Source: Eledone cirrhosa
Lineage: Eukaryota
Length of the DNA stretch: 64,000 nt
Assembly (NCBI GenBank): GCA_964016885.1
Contig: OZ024746.1
Coordinates: forward strand, 59,954,001-60,018,000
Reading direction: 5' to 3'
How positions within the stretch are numbered: the first letter of the stretch is position 1; every line of letters starts with the position of its first letter. Positions 61,447 to 64,000 of this stretch are shown one piece after another. Position numbers and translations under genes: made by a program. The notes under the pieces were generated by a model, which worked only from the letters and a program-made list of their open reading frames with translations, had not been told where the DNA came from and did not search any database.

Positions 61447-63856
61447 GATACATATACCTATCTGTATAACACCTTCAATCTCTTTCACACTCACACTCTT
61501 CCTCCTTCCCACTTATCTCCTCAATCTTTTCACTATTGTCTTCATGACTACATGAACCTCACATGTACACACAAACACACACACACACATACATATCTAT
61601 ATATATATATATGTATGTATATATATATGTACACACAGATACACACATAGTTACACATACAGATGCACAGTTATTCATGGATGGTGTTGGCGGTGGTGTT
61701 GGTGTTGAAGAAGAGGCAGTATTGATGGTGGTGTAGGAGTTTTAATAGTTTAAAAGTCTGTGTATGTTTCAGTATACACTTGCATGGCTACATGTACTTC
61801 AAAACCACTTTCACTTTGTTGCCTTAATTTTTCATAACAACAACAACAACAAAAATGACAACAACAACAACAGTAACATTGGATACCTGTCACAAGGCCA
61901 TCAATTTGCAGGATAATGAGATAAAGAGAAATGTTAGATTGAATTGATCCACAGTGAATTACTGGTTACTTAATTCATTGACCTCTTTTCAATGTTCCCA
62001 AAAAGCTTCATGGGTGCACAGCCACACAGTAGCTGTATTGGTGCTATGTGCATAAAAATTCTACTGGTTAATAGCTTTGAAATGTTGCTGCGCAGTAGCT
62101 TTCAATCTAAAATATTATTCCACAAAGCATCAAACATTCTGCTCAGTGCTTTGGAAAATTTAAAACCATTGCCTCTTCCCCATCATTGGGTAAATGGAAA
62201 ATAAAGTTGCAAGATTTGAACTCAATATATAGGGACTAAACATTTTGTCCATTGCCTCATTTTTTATTCTGCTAGTCATTACTCAATATTAATAATGCTT
62301 TCTAGTTTAGGCACAAGGCCAGCAATTTTGAAGTGAATGGAACAGTTGATTATATCGATGACAGTACTTGACTGGTACTTTATATTATGAGCCCCGGAAG
62401 GATGAAAGGTGAAGTGGACTTTGGTGGGATTTGCATTCAGAACATCTAGAGCCGGAACAAATGCTGCATTTGTTAGGATTCATACTTTCTTCAACAAATA
62501 ATAACAACAACAACAACGTTGTCAGCAATAATAAATGATGTTCATGATGGTGATGACAAGCCTTGAGAAAAGATATCAATGAAAATCAAAGATCAAATAG
62601 AAAAAGAGAGGAGAGACACATTGTTGCCATGGAAACAGAATTATGACATTTTATACAAACACACACACACACACACACATATAACATATATATATATATC
62701 ATTTGACAACCAAAAGAAATGCCATAATTATTCCTATTTTCTTTGTTTATTTGTTCTTGTTATATTGGTGGGGGTGGTACAGTTGTTGCTGTAGTTGTAG
62801 TGATAGTGACTGTTATAATTGTTTCTGTTATTGTTGTAGTGGTTGTAGTTGTTACAATTGTTGCTGGAGTTTTTATTTGCTTTTGTTGCAGTTGTTATTG
62901 TTGTTGTTATAGTAGTGGGTATTGCTGCTGTGGTTGCTGTTGTAAGTGCCTGAGTGAGGCAGAGATTCTATTATGTAAGGCTATACTGAAGAAACTTGTT
63001 TAACAATTCATGTCTCTCAGCACTACAACTTTCTATCTTGACACTCCACACTCACAAGTACACATACAAACACATAAACACATTCATACTAAAACTGAAG
63101 ACTTGCACTGCTGTATAAACACACACACACACAAAACATTCATGCACACAAGAACACACTCATATACACAAACAAATATATTCATAACAGAATTGAATAT
63201 TTGCACTGCTATATCCACACGCACACACACACACATGCATACAGAAACACACTCATATACAGCATCATAGTTTTAAGATGAAAAATAAAGAAATTTGGAG
63301 AAATGGAGAAGTGTTGCTATGTGAAACCATCTTCGAGCCTCAAATTCTAGACTCCCCAATCCAATAATGTCCACCACACAGAGAACAAAAGTAAAGTAAG
63401 AAAAAACAACACAATTTAGAAAAAGCAAAAAAAGAAAATATACAAAAAATATCTATATATATGTGTGTGTGTATATTTATGGTTATATATGTATGTTTCT
63501 GTGTTAGTGTGTATGTATAGGTCCTCAGTTCAGATTTATACTCTTCTCTGTAATGAACAGGAACACTGTGTGTATGTGTGCGTGTATATATGTATATATA
63601 CATACAGAGAAGCCTGTGGCTGGCATTTTTGATACAACAGCAAGTTATGTATCTCAGTGTATGTATACATGTGTGTGTTTGCATACATGTGTGTGTTTGC
63701 ATACATGTGTGTGTATGTATTTATATATGTGTGTTTGTCTGTGTATATATATAAGTCAGTCTTCTTCAAATTTAATAAATCCATTCAGTGTTTTGAGCCC
63801 GTTGCTCGGAGAAAAACATCGTCACTAGAATTATCGAAATAACAAGGAAAATGGAA

Positions 63857-63976
63857 GCTGTGTACGCAGAAAGCGCTGCTGTGTACACAGGAAGTGCAGC
63901 TTGCCGTGTACACAGGGAGTGCAACCATGTTCACAGGAAGTGCAGCTTGCCATGCACACAGGAAGTGCAGCTGTCC
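63857..63976 (+). repeat. Five 21-25 bp tandem repeats containing CAGGAAGTG
   Basis: gtgtacacaggaagtgcagcttgcc-type units. Confidence 0.8.
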
Positions 63977-64000
63977 ATTGCAACACAAGACAAAGACAGG

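Noticed and set aside
57728-63842. Many other short ORFs with YIYI, THTH or CVCV runs
   Set aside because: All derive from dinucleotide or trinucleotide repeats.

Overview
AT-rich eukaryotic genomic DNA dense in microsatellites and SINEs. It is most likely from an octopod cephalopod, an inference from the repeat landscape and the tandem C2H2-only genes, not a database match. The window holds a C2H2 zinc-finger gene cluster: six intact genes whose CDS sits in one exon (here A 10483-11622 -, B 16147-17451 -, C 25510-26676 +, D 32738-33511 -, E 39459-40649 +, F 50050-51318 +; 9-15 fingers each, no effector domain) and two ZNF pseudogenes. The genes appear to share a non-coding first exon, a GTAAG donor and an ETS-type (CCGGAAG) promoter, and some are arranged head-to-head. 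Between them lie an internally deleted maT (DD37D) transposon, several MITEs, and RTE, CR1/L2, HERO/NeSL and several CRE-clade retroposon fragments. There are also tRNA-derived SINEs, long palindromes (one carrying two inverted hammerhead-ribozyme motifs) and a TRIM/LTR-like duplication. The last ~7 kb is mostly simple repeats. Exon/intron models and repeat boundaries were read by eye and are approximate.
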